From an uncultured Gammaproteobacteria bacterium (GTDB taxonomy: Bacteria > Pseudomonadota > Gammaproteobacteria > GCA-001735895), in assembly GCA_937984095.1 (NCBI GenBank), contig CALJYH010000015.1:7065-71064 (forward strand): a DNA stretch of 64,000 nt. Direction: 5' to 3'. Positions within the stretch are counted from its first letter, which is position 1. Each line of letters starts with the position of its first letter. A program made the translations under genes and the position numbers. Shown here piece after piece: positions 30,750-40,482 of the stretch. The notes below the pieces were generated by a model. It saw only the letters and a list, made by a program, of their open reading frames with translations. It made no database searches and was not told the DNA's origin.

Positions 30750-32750
30750 TTACTGGTTATTGCGATCAGCCAACTGCGCCGCAAATGCTTTGACCTCGTC
30801 GAGATCCGAACTGCGTCGCATTGGCGGTAAGCTATCAAGCATACCCTTGCCATAGGATTTCGTATTGAGGCGATTATCGCATAGCGCCACTATTCCGCGG
30901 TCAGCAACATCACGAATCAGACGTCCCACCCCCTGGCGCAGGCTGATGGTGGCTTCAGGAATCTGTACTTCGAAGAAGGCATTTCCACCTTTCTGATTGA
31001 TCTGCTGTATCCGTTTTCGATACACGGGATCGTTAGGTGACTTGAATGGCAGCTTGTCAATAATCACGCAACGCAGCTGGTCACCCTTAACATCTACGCC
31101 CTCCCAGAAACTGCTGGTCCCCAGTAATATCGGATTTTCAATCTTGATAAACTGCTGCAAAAGCTCATTGCGTTGCAATTCCCCCTGAACCAGTAGCGGA
31201 TAGGCGACATGTGAACGCAGGTAATCTGCGGTCCAGGTCAACATGCGATAACTGGTAAACAGGATGAAACAACGACCCTCGGTGGCCTCTATAAGCTCAA
31301 GACATAACTCGCCGAAGATCGCCGCGTAACGATCATCGGACGGATCGGGTAAATGCGTCGGCAGGTAAAGCATCGCCTGTTGCGAGTAATCGAAAGGACT
31401 GTCAAAACTGGTACTGTCAAACCCTTCCAGACCCAGGCGCTCAGAATAAAATCGAAAAGACTGCTGCGAGCTTAGCGTGGCAGAGGTGAAAATCACAGAT
31501 GCGAACGCTGCCGTATCGAGTTGTTGGCGGAACTCGGCCGCCACCTCCAGCGGCGATTGCACCAGGCGAAAACTGCGCTCGTTTAACTCATACCAGCTGA
31601 TCCGATTATCGGCCGGTTCAAGAAAACTGGCCAGGTTAAGTCTGAGCGTTTGTAATCGGCGATGGCACATGGCGAGCTCCTTGCCGCGACTGATCATCGG
31701 TTCGAGTTCGCCATCGAGTGCTTCGATCGATTGTCGCAGCAATGTTACAGCCTCATGAATCGCGGGTGCATTCTGGATTCGCTCCCATTCCGCTTTTTGC
31801 GCAAATGGGCGCAGGGCCAGCCTTAAATCGGCAGCAGCTTTGTTCAACCTATCGCTACGCTTCTTTAGGACTTTCGATTCTGCTGCTTCGGCTACTTCGG
31901 CATCTGTGATATCTCGGCAAAGGATATCGATCTGCCGCATCGTGATTTGTTGGCCGTAAAAGTTTCCTGCGATATCGGGAAGTTGGTGCGCTTCGTCGAA
32001 TATAAGTACATCGGCATCGGGCAAAAGTTCACCGAAACCATCTTCCTTCAGCGCCAGGTCGGAAAAATAAAGATGATGGTTGATTACCAGTATGTCTGCA
32101 TCCATCGCGCGTTTGCGGGCCTTGAGCACGAAGCATTGATCAATTTCTGGACACTCACCGCCGAGGCAGTTATCCGCGTTCGAAGTCGCGTAATACCAGA
32201 GGCTGTCGTTTTCGGGGATATCAGCGAATTCAGCGATATCGCCACTGTCACTAAGTTCTGCCCATCCATCGATTGCACGAAATATCGCAGCCATTTCGCG
32301 GCTTTTAAAACGATCCTCGGCACGATATTTGTTTAAACGGTGCGGGCAGCAGTAATTACTGCGGCCTTTCAACAGGGCAACCTTCCTGGCGCTGACGATG
32401 GCTTTGCGGATTAACGGAATGTCCTTTTGGAAAAGCTGGTCCTGCAGGTTGCGAGTACCGGTTGAAATCACCACCTTGGCGTCGCTCAGAAAAGCCGGCA
32501 CCAGGTAGGCAAATGATTTGCCTATGCCGGTACTTGCTTCGATAATCCGCGACTCGCCGAGCGCGATGGCTTCGTCAATTAGTTGAGCCATACCGAGCTG
32601 ACTCGAGCGTGGCTGGAAATCGTTGATAGTTTCACCAATGATACCGTCACTGCCAAGCACCGATTCCACGTTCAGTTCAGCTGCAAGTTCCCCCATGTCT
32701 AGTGCTCTTTCAACACTAGCCTTGCTGACACTTTGGCTTGAGCCTGTCAT
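30750..32750 (-). CDS. ATP-dependent DNA helicase, DinG/YoaA family
   Basis: DEAD_2 domain with the Fe-S Cys cluster region (CCPHRLN…CLGGECPEIDQCF), DEAH box (LIFDEAHQL) and Helicase_C_2. An alternative start at MGELA (32696) would remove the 35-nt overlap with the upstream lipoprotein gene. Confidence 0.85.
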   Translation of the reverse strand: MTGSSQSVSKASVERALDMGELAAELNVESVLGSDGIIGETINDFQPRSSQLGMAQLIDEAIALGESRIIEASTGIGKSFAYLVPAFLSDAKVVISTGTRNLQDQLFQKDIPLIRKAIVSARKVALLKGRSNYCCPHRLNKYRAEDRFKSREMAAIFRAIDGWAELSDSGDIAEFADIPENDSLWYYATSNADNCLGGECPEIDQCFVLKARKRAMDADILVINHHLYFSDLALKEDGFGELLPDADVLIFDEAHQLPDIAGNFYGQQITMRQIDILCRDITDAEVAEAAESKVLKKRSDRLNKAAADLRLALRPFAQKAEWERIQNAPAIHEAVTLLRQSIEALDGELEPMISRGKELAMCHRRLQTLRLNLASFLEPADNRISWYELNERSFRLVQSPLEVAAEFRQQLDTAAFASVIFTSATLSSQQSFRFYSERLGLEGFDSTSFDSPFDYSQQAMLYLPTHLPDPSDDRYAAIFGELCLELIEATEGRCFILFTSYRMLTWTADYLRSHVAYPLLVQGELQRNELLQQFIKIENPILLGTSSFWEGVDVKGDQLRCVIIDKLPFKSPNDPVYRKRIQQINQKGGNAFFEVQIPEATISLRQGVGRLIRDVADRGIVALCDNRLNTKSYGKGMLDSLPPMRRSSDLDEVKAFAAQLADRNNQ

Positions 32751-33117
32751 TTGCAGAAATCAGTGCATCATCGAATACGCCGTAGCTGTTCGAACGTTCG
32801 ATCATGGCCAGGCAGCGGTCATACTGAGCATCGCGCCAATAGGTTTGTGCCAGGTAGTGCCAACTCCAGGCATTGCGAGGTTGAATCTTGATCGCGCGTT
32901 GCAAATAATCGATCGCCAGTTGGATCTGTTCTTCGCCAAGCGCGGCGAGCGCCTGGTTCTGCAGTTCGGTGACCGGCCGGGCTTCGGCCATGCTGACTTC
33001 AATATCGTCCTGGTAGCGATTACTCGGTATCTCGGAGACGGTGCATGCACCGACAATCGACAACAGTGCTAGAGTCGCAAGACGATAAAACAAACGTAAA
33101 AGAGATGTTACTGACAT
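32716..33117 (-). CDS. TPR-repeat lipoprotein
   Basis: Lipobox LLSIVGAC, followed by TPR-like helices (AIDYLQRAIKIQPRNAWSWHYLAQTYW). Confidence 0.5.
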   Translation of the reverse strand: MSVTSLLRLFYRLATLALLSIVGACTVSEIPSNRYQDDIEVSMAEARPVTELQNQALAALGEEQIQLAIDYLQRAIKIQPRNAWSWHYLAQTYWRDAQYDRCLAMIERSNSYGVFDDALISANDRLKPKCQQG

Positions 33118-35345
33118 CGGGATCGTGCTTTCGGTATCCGATCATTGGGAAACGGTAACAATACACTAATCGCACAGGATTTTCGGGTAATTCCGCCGTT
33201 GGCCGGGTTGATATGACGCCAACTGAGACTCTCGTCCCGGCTTATCTTGAATGACTCGAATCCCTGTAGCTCCATGATGTCCGACCACAACTTCAATGCG
33301 CCTGATGAACCGGTTAAATTTATCGGGCCGTTATCATCCCGACCCAGCCATACCACCGTCAGCAGGCGGCTCGAAAATCCGGCAAACCAGGAATCACGTG
33401 CCTCGTTGGTGGTACCGGTCTTACCAGCCAGCGTCTGCGATGGAAATCGTTCGGACAGATACCCGGCGGTGCCGTTCTCAGCGACCCCTATCATGGCACG
33501 CTGCACCTGGATCATGCCTGCCTGGTCAAACAACTTGAGTGATTCCAGCGGCACTCTTTCGAGGGTCTGATTCTCCTGGTCGGTAACGCTGCGTATAGTT
33601 GTCAATGGTGTGAAGTAGCCATTGTTGGCAATGACCTGGTACATTTGGGCGACTTCGTAAGCGGACATCGACGTGGTGCCAAGTAGCATGGAGGGGTAAA
33701 TCACGTCGTGTTTTAGCAGATTGATCCTGGCCAGGTTGTGCGCTAGCGCCTCGAGACCACCCGCCACTCCGAGATGGACGAAAGGCAGGTTGTAAGATCG
33801 TATAAACGCTTCGTAAAGGCTCATTTCGCCATGCAGTTCGCGATCAAAATTTCGCGGCTCCCAGATATTCCCGTCCGACTGCTGAATGCGGATGGGCTCA
33901 TCCTTTACCCTGCTTGCAAGCGTTAATCCATCGCCTAGCAGGCTATAAAGCAGTAACGGTTTAATCAACGAACCAATTGGGCGCTGCGCCATAAGCGCGC
34001 GGTTAAATCCCGGGTAGTCGGTTACCCGATCGCCGATCAGGGCCTGGATATCACCATTGAGGTAATCGGCGATAATAACCGAAGCCTGCAACTCAGGTTG
34101 ATCAAAACGGCCAAGGCCACGCGCCAACCCAAGCTCCAGGTTACGCTGTAGTAACGGGTCGAAAGCGGTGAACACGCGCAGGCCGCGCCGCGATAATTCT
34201 GCGTTGGAATAACTTGTCTGCAACTGACGTTTAACCAGGTCGAGATAAGCCGGAAAAGGGTTGACGCCCGGCAGACGTCCGACAATGCCGAGTGGTGCGG
34301 ATACCGCGTTTGCATATTCCGCCTGGTCGAGCAATTCCTGCTCGAACATAATCTTGAGCACGAGGTTACGTCGAGACAAAGCATTGTCAGGAGACGTAAA
34401 CGGGTTATAAAGCGAAGGCCCCTTGACCATACCTACCAGCAAAGCCAGGTGCTGTGTTTCGAGGCTATCAACACTGCGCCGAAATAACATGCGACTGGCC
34501 TGGGCGAAACCGTGAATGGCAATGCGCTTTTGCTGCAGCAGGAAAACTTCGTTGATATAAGCGGTAATAATCGCCTGTTTACTGAAGCGCAGCTCCAGTA
34601 TCAGCGCCATGAAAGCCTCGTTGATCTTCCGTAAAAGTGTTTTTTCCGGGGTCAGGAACAGGTTTTTTGCCAACTGTTGGGTAATGGTGCTACCGCCTTG
34701 TACCGCTTTACCGGCCTTCAAATTCACCAGCATTGCTCGCATGATCGCCATCGGGCTCAGCCCCGAATGTTCAAAAAACTCACGATCTTCAACCGCGATA
34801 AGCGCTTCGATCAAACGCTGCGGAACCTCGTCTTCGGCCAGCAACAATCGGTCCTCGTCATTGTCCGGGTAGTAACTGCCCAGGATAACCGGGGGCAAAC
34901 GGAATATTTCCAGGTCGTCGCTGCTTTTGGAGTCGGTCAGTGCCGAAATCCGGCCCTGAGCGAAAAAGACCTGCACCAGTCTGGCTCCCTGGAATTGACT
35001 GCCGAATTCAAATGGGCGGGTATTCAGTTCGAGCGACTCGCCCAGCAATCGATACTGTCCAGGCAGGGGTTCGGATTCAACTGCGAGGTAACTTGATAAC
35101 TCTAACTCATAGATCAGTAGGTCTCGCGTTAATACCAGGCCAGGATAAAGTTCCTGCGCCCTGGCAAAGACCCGTGAAGGCAATGCCCAGGTATCGTCTT
35201 CAAAACGGCCGTTAATTAAGTGATTCAGGTATCCGAGATAGATAGCAAACGCCGCAAACAGAACCAGTGCCACAATCGAGAGATACTTTCTCCTATGCGG
35301 GGGCCTGGTGGATTTCGACTTTTTGCGTTTTGATTTGGGTGGCAT
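33108..35345 (-). CDS. mrcB: Penicillin-binding protein 1B (bifunctional transglycosylase/transpeptidase)
   Basis: Lys-rich cytoplasmic tail plus one TM, UB2H-like region, GT51 motifs (EDREFFEH, GGSTITQQLAKN), and transpeptidase SxxK/SxN/KTG (KTGTTNE). Confidence 0.9.
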   Translation of the reverse strand: MPPKSKRKKSKSTRPPHRRKYLSIVALVLFAAFAIYLGYLNHLINGRFEDDTWALPSRVFARAQELYPGLVLTRDLLIYELELSSYLAVESEPLPGQYRLLGESLELNTRPFEFGSQFQGARLVQVFFAQGRISALTDSKSSDDLEIFRLPPVILGSYYPDNDEDRLLLAEDEVPQRLIEALIAVEDREFFEHSGLSPMAIMRAMLVNLKAGKAVQGGSTITQQLAKNLFLTPEKTLLRKINEAFMALILELRFSKQAIITAYINEVFLLQQKRIAIHGFAQASRMLFRRSVDSLETQHLALLVGMVKGPSLYNPFTSPDNALSRRNLVLKIMFEQELLDQAEYANAVSAPLGIVGRLPGVNPFPAYLDLVKRQLQTSYSNAELSRRGLRVFTAFDPLLQRNLELGLARGLGRFDQPELQASVIIADYLNGDIQALIGDRVTDYPGFNRALMAQRPIGSLIKPLLLYSLLGDGLTLASRVKDEPIRIQQSDGNIWEPRNFDRELHGEMSLYEAFIRSYNLPFVHLGVAGGLEALAHNLARINLLKHDVIYPSMLLGTTSMSAYEVAQMYQVIANNGYFTPLTTIRSVTDQENQTLERVPLESLKLFDQAGMIQVQRAMIGVAENGTAGYLSERFPSQTLAGKTGTTNEARDSWFAGFSSRLLTVVWLGRDDNGPINLTGSSGALKLWSDIMELQGFESFKISRDESLSWRHINPANGGITRKSCAISVLLPFPNDRIPKARSRCQ

Positions 35346-35369
35346 CGATGTGCCGCTTCAGCTCCGCGA

Positions 35370-36434
35370 CTATCCAGGATTCCGTTTAGCTTTGACCGCA
35401 TCAGCAAGTTCATGCAGCAATTTCTCGGAATCTTCCCATCCAATACAGGCATCGGTAATACTTTGGCCATAAGTCAGTTCAGCGCCTGCCGTAAAATCCT
35501 GCCGCCCTTCTACGAGGTGTGATTCAATCATGAGACCAAAGATATTGTCCTGGCCGGTTTTGATTTGATGAATGATGTCACGGCAGACTTCAATCTGCTT
35601 GAGAAACTGCTTTTGACTATTGGCATGGCTGGTGTCGATCATCAGGCGCGGATTCAGCCCGGATGATTCAAGCTTTGCGGTCACACCGGCAACGCTGACA
35701 CGATCATAATTGGGGCGATCGCTGCCACCTCGTAAAATAACATGGGAGTAGTCATTGCCGGCGGTCGTGAAAATAGCCGAATGTCCTTGCAGTGTAATCG
35801 AGATGAAATGGTGTGAGCCCTGGGCAGCGCGCATTGCGTCTATCGCAACCTGCACCCCACCATCAGTACCATTTTTAAATCCTACCGGGCAGGAAAGGCC
35901 CGAGGCCAGTTCACGGTGTCCCTGGCTTTCGGTTGTGCGTGCGCCGATAGCGCCCCAGCACACCAGGTCGGAAATGTATTGCGGGCTGATCAGGTCAAGA
36001 TATTCGTGGCCCGCGGGGACGCCCTTTTCAGCGAGGCTCAGCAAGAGTTCGCGCGCCTTGCGCACGCCCTTGTTGATATGGAAACTGCCGTCCAGATCGG
36101 GATCGTTGATCAATCCTTTCCAGCCAACCGTGGTACGGGGTTTCTCAAAGTAAACTCGCATGACGATAATCAATTCGTCCTTGAGTTCATCCATCAGCTT
36201 GCGCAAACGATCGGCATATTCATGCGCCGCATCGGTATCGTGAATCGAGCAGGGACCGATTATCACCACCAGGCGATCGTCCTTGCCGTCCAGCACGTCG
36301 TAAATTTGTTGACGAGTTTCGGCAACCGTATTCGCGGCCAGCTCCGACAAGGGCAGTTCCTGCATCAGGGCCTCGGGGGTCTGGATTTCCTTGGTGCCGA
36401 TAATGCGCAGGTCTTTGGTTTGGGGCATGGTCAT
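35370..36434 (-). CDS. aroG: 3-deoxy-7-phosphoheptulonate (DAHP) synthase, class I
   Basis: LRIIGTKEIQTPEAL…VVIIGPCSIHD, KPRTTVGWKGL, GARTTESQ motifs of the AroF/G/H family. Confidence 0.9.
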   Translation of the reverse strand: MTMPQTKDLRIIGTKEIQTPEALMQELPLSELAANTVAETRQQIYDVLDGKDDRLVVIIGPCSIHDTDAAHEYADRLRKLMDELKDELIIVMRVYFEKPRTTVGWKGLINDPDLDGSFHINKGVRKARELLLSLAEKGVPAGHEYLDLISPQYISDLVCWGAIGARTTESQGHRELASGLSCPVGFKNGTDGGVQVAIDAMRAAQGSHHFISITLQGHSAIFTTAGNDYSHVILRGGSDRPNYDRVSVAGVTAKLESSGLNPRLMIDTSHANSQKQFLKQIEVCRDIIHQIKTGQDNIFGLMIESHLVEGRQDFTAGAELTYGQSITDACIGWEDSEKLLHELADAVKAKRNPG

Positions 36435-36497
36435 GTTGGTATCGTTCCGATGCTGCTATCTATTTGAAAAAAGGCGGTATTCTTAACTATTGAAAGC

Positions 36498-37499
36498 TCA
36501 ATTGCCAGCAGTAAATGATTCAAGCAAGGTCCTGGTCTGCTTTGCCCTCAGGCGTGGGCCGAACTGGGTAACAATCTTTGCTGAAGCCAGTGAAGCAAGG
36601 TCCCCGGCCTGGTGAAAACTCATACCCTCGGATAGCCCATATAAAAATGCACCGGCAAACATATCGCCCGCGCCAAGCGTATCGACAGCCTGCACCGGTT
36701 TGGGTTGAATTTCGATTAGCGCGACACCGTCGAACAGCAGGGCCCCGTCCTTGCCCCGGGTAATCGCGAAACTGCGCGATAATTTCTTGAACAGCTGCAA
36801 GGCTTCATCGAGATTATCAGTTCCGGCCAACTCCATGGCTTCGTCCTCGTTGGCAAACAGCAGGTCGACACGATCACCAATCATAGCCTCGATTGATTCA
36901 CGAAAAAACTTGACCATGTTAGGGTCCGAGAGCGTCAAAGAGGTTTTGATATCATGGGATTCGGCGATTCGGCGTGCTTCAATGGCAGCATCCCGGGTAC
37001 TGTCGTCACTCGCCAGGTATCCTTCGATATAGATGTATTCAGACATTTTAATCGCCTCGGTGTCGATGTCATCTGTGTCGAGTTCGGCACTCACCCCGAG
37101 GAAGGTATTCATGGTGCGGTCGGCATCAGGGGTAACAAACACCAGGCATTTGCCTGTAATCCCGGGCGGGAGTGGCTTGAAATCGAGATTCGAATTGACA
37201 CCCGAGTCATGCAGATCCCGGGCAAATACCTGCCCGGTCATATCATTTGATACGCGGCAATCAAGATGGGTTCTGGCACCCATTTGCGCGAGCGCAATAA
37301 TTGTATTCGCCGCCGAACCCCCGCAGGCCATGCTTTCATGCGACTCACCTAGTTGCGCTATCAGGCTGTTTTGTCGCTGTTCATCGATAAGCGTCATGAC
37401 GCCCTTATCAATATTCAGCTCCACAAGCTTATGGGCTGTGGCGTGATACTCGATGTCGACCAGAGCATTGCCAATCGCGTATACATCAAATTTTTTCAT
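36498..37499 (-). CDS. PfkB-family carbohydrate/nucleoside kinase (adenosine-kinase-like)
   Basis: N-terminal AIGNALVDIE and C-terminal DTLGAGDMFAGAFLYGL ribokinase-family ATP-binding motif. Confidence 0.8.
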   Translation of the reverse strand: MKKFDVYAIGNALVDIEYHATAHKLVELNIDKGVMTLIDEQRQNSLIAQLGESHESMACGGSAANTIIALAQMGARTHLDCRVSNDMTGQVFARDLHDSGVNSNLDFKPLPPGITGKCLVFVTPDADRTMNTFLGVSAELDTDDIDTEAIKMSEYIYIEGYLASDDSTRDAAIEARRIAESHDIKTSLTLSDPNMVKFFRESIEAMIGDRVDLLFANEDEAMELAGTDNLDEALQLFKKLSRSFAITRGKDGALLFDGVALIEIQPKPVQAVDTLGAGDMFAGAFLYGLSEGMSFHQAGDLASLASAKIVTQFGPRLRAKQTRTLLESFTAGN

Positions 37500-37604
37500 A
37501 AATGTCCTTCAATCAGTAGTTTATTCGGGGCAGTTTACCCGTCTTGTCAGCTTGCTAGGATAATCTTTTGATTCCCCGGTGAAAACAAAATTAATCCCGA
37601 AATA

Positions 37605-37633
37605 TTCACGGTTTATCCTTTTCAAAGCCGTGA
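37605..37633. promoter_or_regulatory. Perfect inverted repeat TTCACGG-N15-CCGTGAA upstream of a small ORF; candidate operator
   Basis: Read directly: ttcacggtttatccttttcaaagccgtgaa. Confidence 0.3.
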
Positions 37634-37683
37634 AAAACGTCTATATATATACTTCGCTACTTGTCATAACGGGGGTCTTGATA

Positions 37684-37878
37684 ATGTATCGCATTGAAAC
37701 TACCGACCCAATTACCGGAAAAACACTGGAGCAATTAATCGACATGCCGTACGTCATTGAAAACGATAATGACGACAGTCTGGTAATTTATTTTGAGTCT
37801 GAAATTAACCGCGATTTGTATTTGCAAAACCCAGCAGAACACAGGCTCCAACACTATAAAAAGTATAACGGAAACTGA
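37684..37878 (+). CDS. Small hypothetical protein (64 aa)
   Basis: ATG after ACGGGGG. Acidic protein. Ends 15 nt before a strong terminator. No family recognised. Confidence 0.3.
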   Translation: MYRIETTDPITGKTLEQLIDMPYVIENDNDDSLVIYFESEINRDLYLQNPAEHRLQHYKKYNGN

Positions 37879-37892
37879 GTTTGTTCAGCTTG

Positions 37893-37923
37893 AAAAAAAC
37901 CACCATCCTGGTGGTTTTTTTTA
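37893..37923. terminator. Bidirectional rho-independent terminator
   Basis: AAAAAAA-CCACCA-TCC-TGGTGG-TTTTTTTTT: a 6-bp GC-rich stem and 3-nt loop, flanked by an A-run and a T-run. Confidence 0.8.
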
Positions 37924-38036
37924 TCCCTCGTGAATAGTTATATTCAATTAATTGTATAAACAAAATTAACTTCATTTATACAACAGAATTGCTACTATGC
38001 CCCTCCGAAATGTTAAATAACTCAACTGGAGGCATC

Positions 38037-38456
38037 ATGTCCCTGAAAGGATCCAAAACCGAACAAAACCTGAAAGACGCTTTTGCTGGTGAATCACAGG
38101 CTAATCGCCGTTACCTGTATTTTGCCGCCAAGGCCGATGTTGAAGGCTTCAACGACGTGTCAGCGGTGTTTCGCTCTACTGCTGAGGGTGAAACCGGCCA
38201 TGCGCACGGACACCTCGAGTACCTCGAAGAAGTTGGCGATCCTGCAACCGGTCTGCCGATTGGCAGCACCGAGCAAAATCTGAAGGCTTCAATCGCCGGT
38301 GAAACCCACGAATACACCGACATGTATCCGGGTATGGCAAAATCTGCTCGCGATGAAGGTTTTGACGAAATAGCCGACTGGTTTGAAACGCTGGCAAAAG
38401 CAGAGCGTTCACACGCTAATCGCTTCCAGAAAGCACTCGATAACCTCGACGCTTAA
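38037..38456 (+). CDS. Rubrerythrin-family (ferritin-like diiron) protein without a rubredoxin domain
   Basis: ExxH diiron motifs ([15 protein letters not shown]; [11 protein letters not shown]; [11 protein letters not shown]). Start at MSLKGS with GGAGG RBS. The track ORF starts 48 nt earlier. Confidence 0.85.
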   Translation: MSLKGSKTEQNLKDAFAGESQANRRYLYFAAKADVEGFNDVSAVFRSTAEGETGHAHGHLEYLEEVGDPATGLPIGSTEQNLKASIAGETHEYTDMYPGMAKSARDEGFDEIADWFETLAKAERSHANRFQKALDNLDA

Positions 38457-38501
38457 TCCTCCTCGAGATCCGGATCCTTTGGGATCCGGATTTCATTCAA
38501 G

Positions 38502-39848
38502 GTGACACAGATGGCAACTGAATCTCGTGAGGGTAGCCTCGAGGCGCCTACCCGTCATCCGCTCGGTCAAAATGACCCCGGCTTTTACGACGCCGCCGCG
38601 CTTTTCGACGAACTCGAGCGTGTCTACGATATTTGCCACGGCTGCCGCCGCTGTGTCAGCCTGTGCAAAGCCTTCCCGACCCTGTTCGACCTGGTCGATG
38701 AATCCACGACATTTGAGGTTGACGGCGTCGACAAGGCAGATTACTGGAAAGTTGTCGACCAATGCTATCTCTGCGACCTCTGTTACCTGACCAAGTGTCC
38801 TTATGTTCCGCCACATGAATGGAACGTTGACTTTCCGCACCTGATGTTGCGTGCCAAGGCAATCGGTTACAAACAAGGCCGCGCCAAACTGCGGGACAAG
38901 CTTGTTACGTCAACCGATCGCATAGGCAGTCTTGCCAGCATCCCTATCGTCGTCAACGTGGTCAATGCCGCCAATAGTAATGAACATACTCGTGCACTAC
39001 TGGAGTCATCACTTGGGATCGCGGCCGAGGCGCGTTTGCCTAAATACGATAGTAAAACCCTGAGTAAGCGCACCTCCAGCCACAAACCAGCCGAAGTCGA
39101 AATCCAGAGCACCGATAAAACTCGTGGCAAGGTCGCTATCTTTGCTACCTGCTATGGCGAATATAACGAACCCCTGCTGGGCGAAGACCTTCTCGCTGTT
39201 TTTGAACATAATGGCATACCCACCATGGTGGTGAAGAATACGGTTTGCTGTGGCATGCCAAAACTGGAACTGGGTGATCTTGACGCAGTCGAGAGATTAA
39301 AAAATCACAATATACCGCTGCTGGCCAGGTTGGTTAACGAGGGCTGGGACATTATTTCTCCAGTTCCTTCCTGCACCCTGCAGTTCAAGCAGGAATTGCC
39401 GCTAATGTTCCCCGAAGATGCAGCGGTGTCAAAGGTGCAGGCAGCATTTTTCGATCCCTTTGAATACCTGGCGCTGCGTAACAAGGCGGGATTGCTAAAA
39501 ACAGAATTTAAAAACCGTATAGGCAAGATTAGTTATCACGTCGCCTGCCATCAACGGGTGCAACGTATTGGTATGAAAACACGCGACATATTGGCGTTAA
39601 TACCCGATACCGAAATTGACACAATCGAGCGCTGCTCGGGACACGATGGTACCTACGCGATCAAGCAGGAATTCCACAAGGCGTCGATGAAGATCTGCAA
39701 ACCCGTGGTCAATCGCGTGCAAAAAGCGGAGCCCGACGCATACGCCAGTGACTGCCCTATGGCCGGCCACCATATTTCCGCCGGGCTCAACGATGGTAGC
39801 AGCACCCAGCACCCTATCAGCCTGTTACGACAGGCCTACGGCATTTGA
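38502..39848 (+). CDS. Fe-S oxidoreductase with 4Fe-4S ferredoxin motifs and two CCG (HdrD/GlpC-like) domains
   Basis: CHGCRRCVSLC and CYLCDLCYLTKCPY cluster motifs, followed by CCG-type Cys motifs (ATCYGEY…CCGMP; VACHQRVQ…CSGHDG). Confidence 0.8.
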   Translation: MTQMATESREGSLEAPTRHPLGQNDPGFYDAAALFDELERVYDICHGCRRCVSLCKAFPTLFDLVDESTTFEVDGVDKADYWKVVDQCYLCDLCYLTKCPYVPPHEWNVDFPHLMLRAKAIGYKQGRAKLRDKLVTSTDRIGSLASIPIVVNVVNAANSNEHTRALLESSLGIAAEARLPKYDSKTLSKRTSSHKPAEVEIQSTDKTRGKVAIFATCYGEYNEPLLGEDLLAVFEHNGIPTMVVKNTVCCGMPKLELGDLDAVERLKNHNIPLLARLVNEGWDIISPVPSCTLQFKQELPLMFPEDAAVSKVQAAFFDPFEYLALRNKAGLLKTEFKNRIGKISYHVACHQRVQRIGMKTRDILALIPDTEIDTIERCSGHDGTYAIKQEFHKASMKICKPVVNRVQKAEPDAYASDCPMAGHHISAGLNDGSSTQHPISLLRQAYGI

Positions 39849-40447
39849 TGATGGAAACGACTATGAGTAACCCTATCACTCGCGACGATTTAATGAGCCT
39901 GGAACAGTATGCAGAAAAACGCGTTGAGTTCCGTCAACAGGTGTTGTTGCACAAGAAACACCGCCAGGTAGCGCTCGGCCCAAACGCGACCCTCTATTTT
40001 GAAGATCGGCTCACCCTGCTCTACCAGATTCAGGAAATGCTGCGCATCGAGAAAGTGTTTGAAGCCGATGGTATCAACGAAGAACTGGAAGCCTATAATC
40101 CGTTGGTTCCTAGCGGAAGAAATTTCAAGGCCACATTTATGATCGAGTACCCCGACCCGGTTATTCGCGCGGCACAACTCGAAAAGCTGCTGGGTATAGA
40201 GGATCTGCTCTGGATGCAGGTAGGGGATCACGACAAAATCTGGTCAATCGCGGACGAGGATTTAGAGAGAGCCACCGATACCAAGACTTCTGCCGTGCAC
40301 TTTGTGCGCTTCGAAGTCAGTGATGAAATGGCGCAAGAGTTAATAGCGGGAGCGAAATGGGGAATCGGAGTTCAGCACCCGGTCTACAGCTACGAATTGG
40401 ATGTTGAAGGCGAAACCCGGATCTCGCTACTAAACGACCTGGATTAA
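39848..40447 (+). CDS. DUF3501-family protein
   Basis: About 195 aa. TGATG-coupled to the Fe-S gene. Size, genomic context and sequence character fit DUF3501, a family generally found beside rubrerythrin and HdrD-like genes. Confidence 0.55.
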   Translation: MMETTMSNPITRDDLMSLEQYAEKRVEFRQQVLLHKKHRQVALGPNATLYFEDRLTLLYQIQEMLRIEKVFEADGINEELEAYNPLVPSGRNFKATFMIEYPDPVIRAAQLEKLLGIEDLLWMQVGDHDKIWSIADEDLERATDTKTSAVHFVRFEVSDEMAQELIAGAKWGIGVQHPVYSYELDVEGETRISLLNDLD

Positions 40448-40482
40448 GATTTCCTGCCAAGGCATCGCAATATCCTGGAGAA

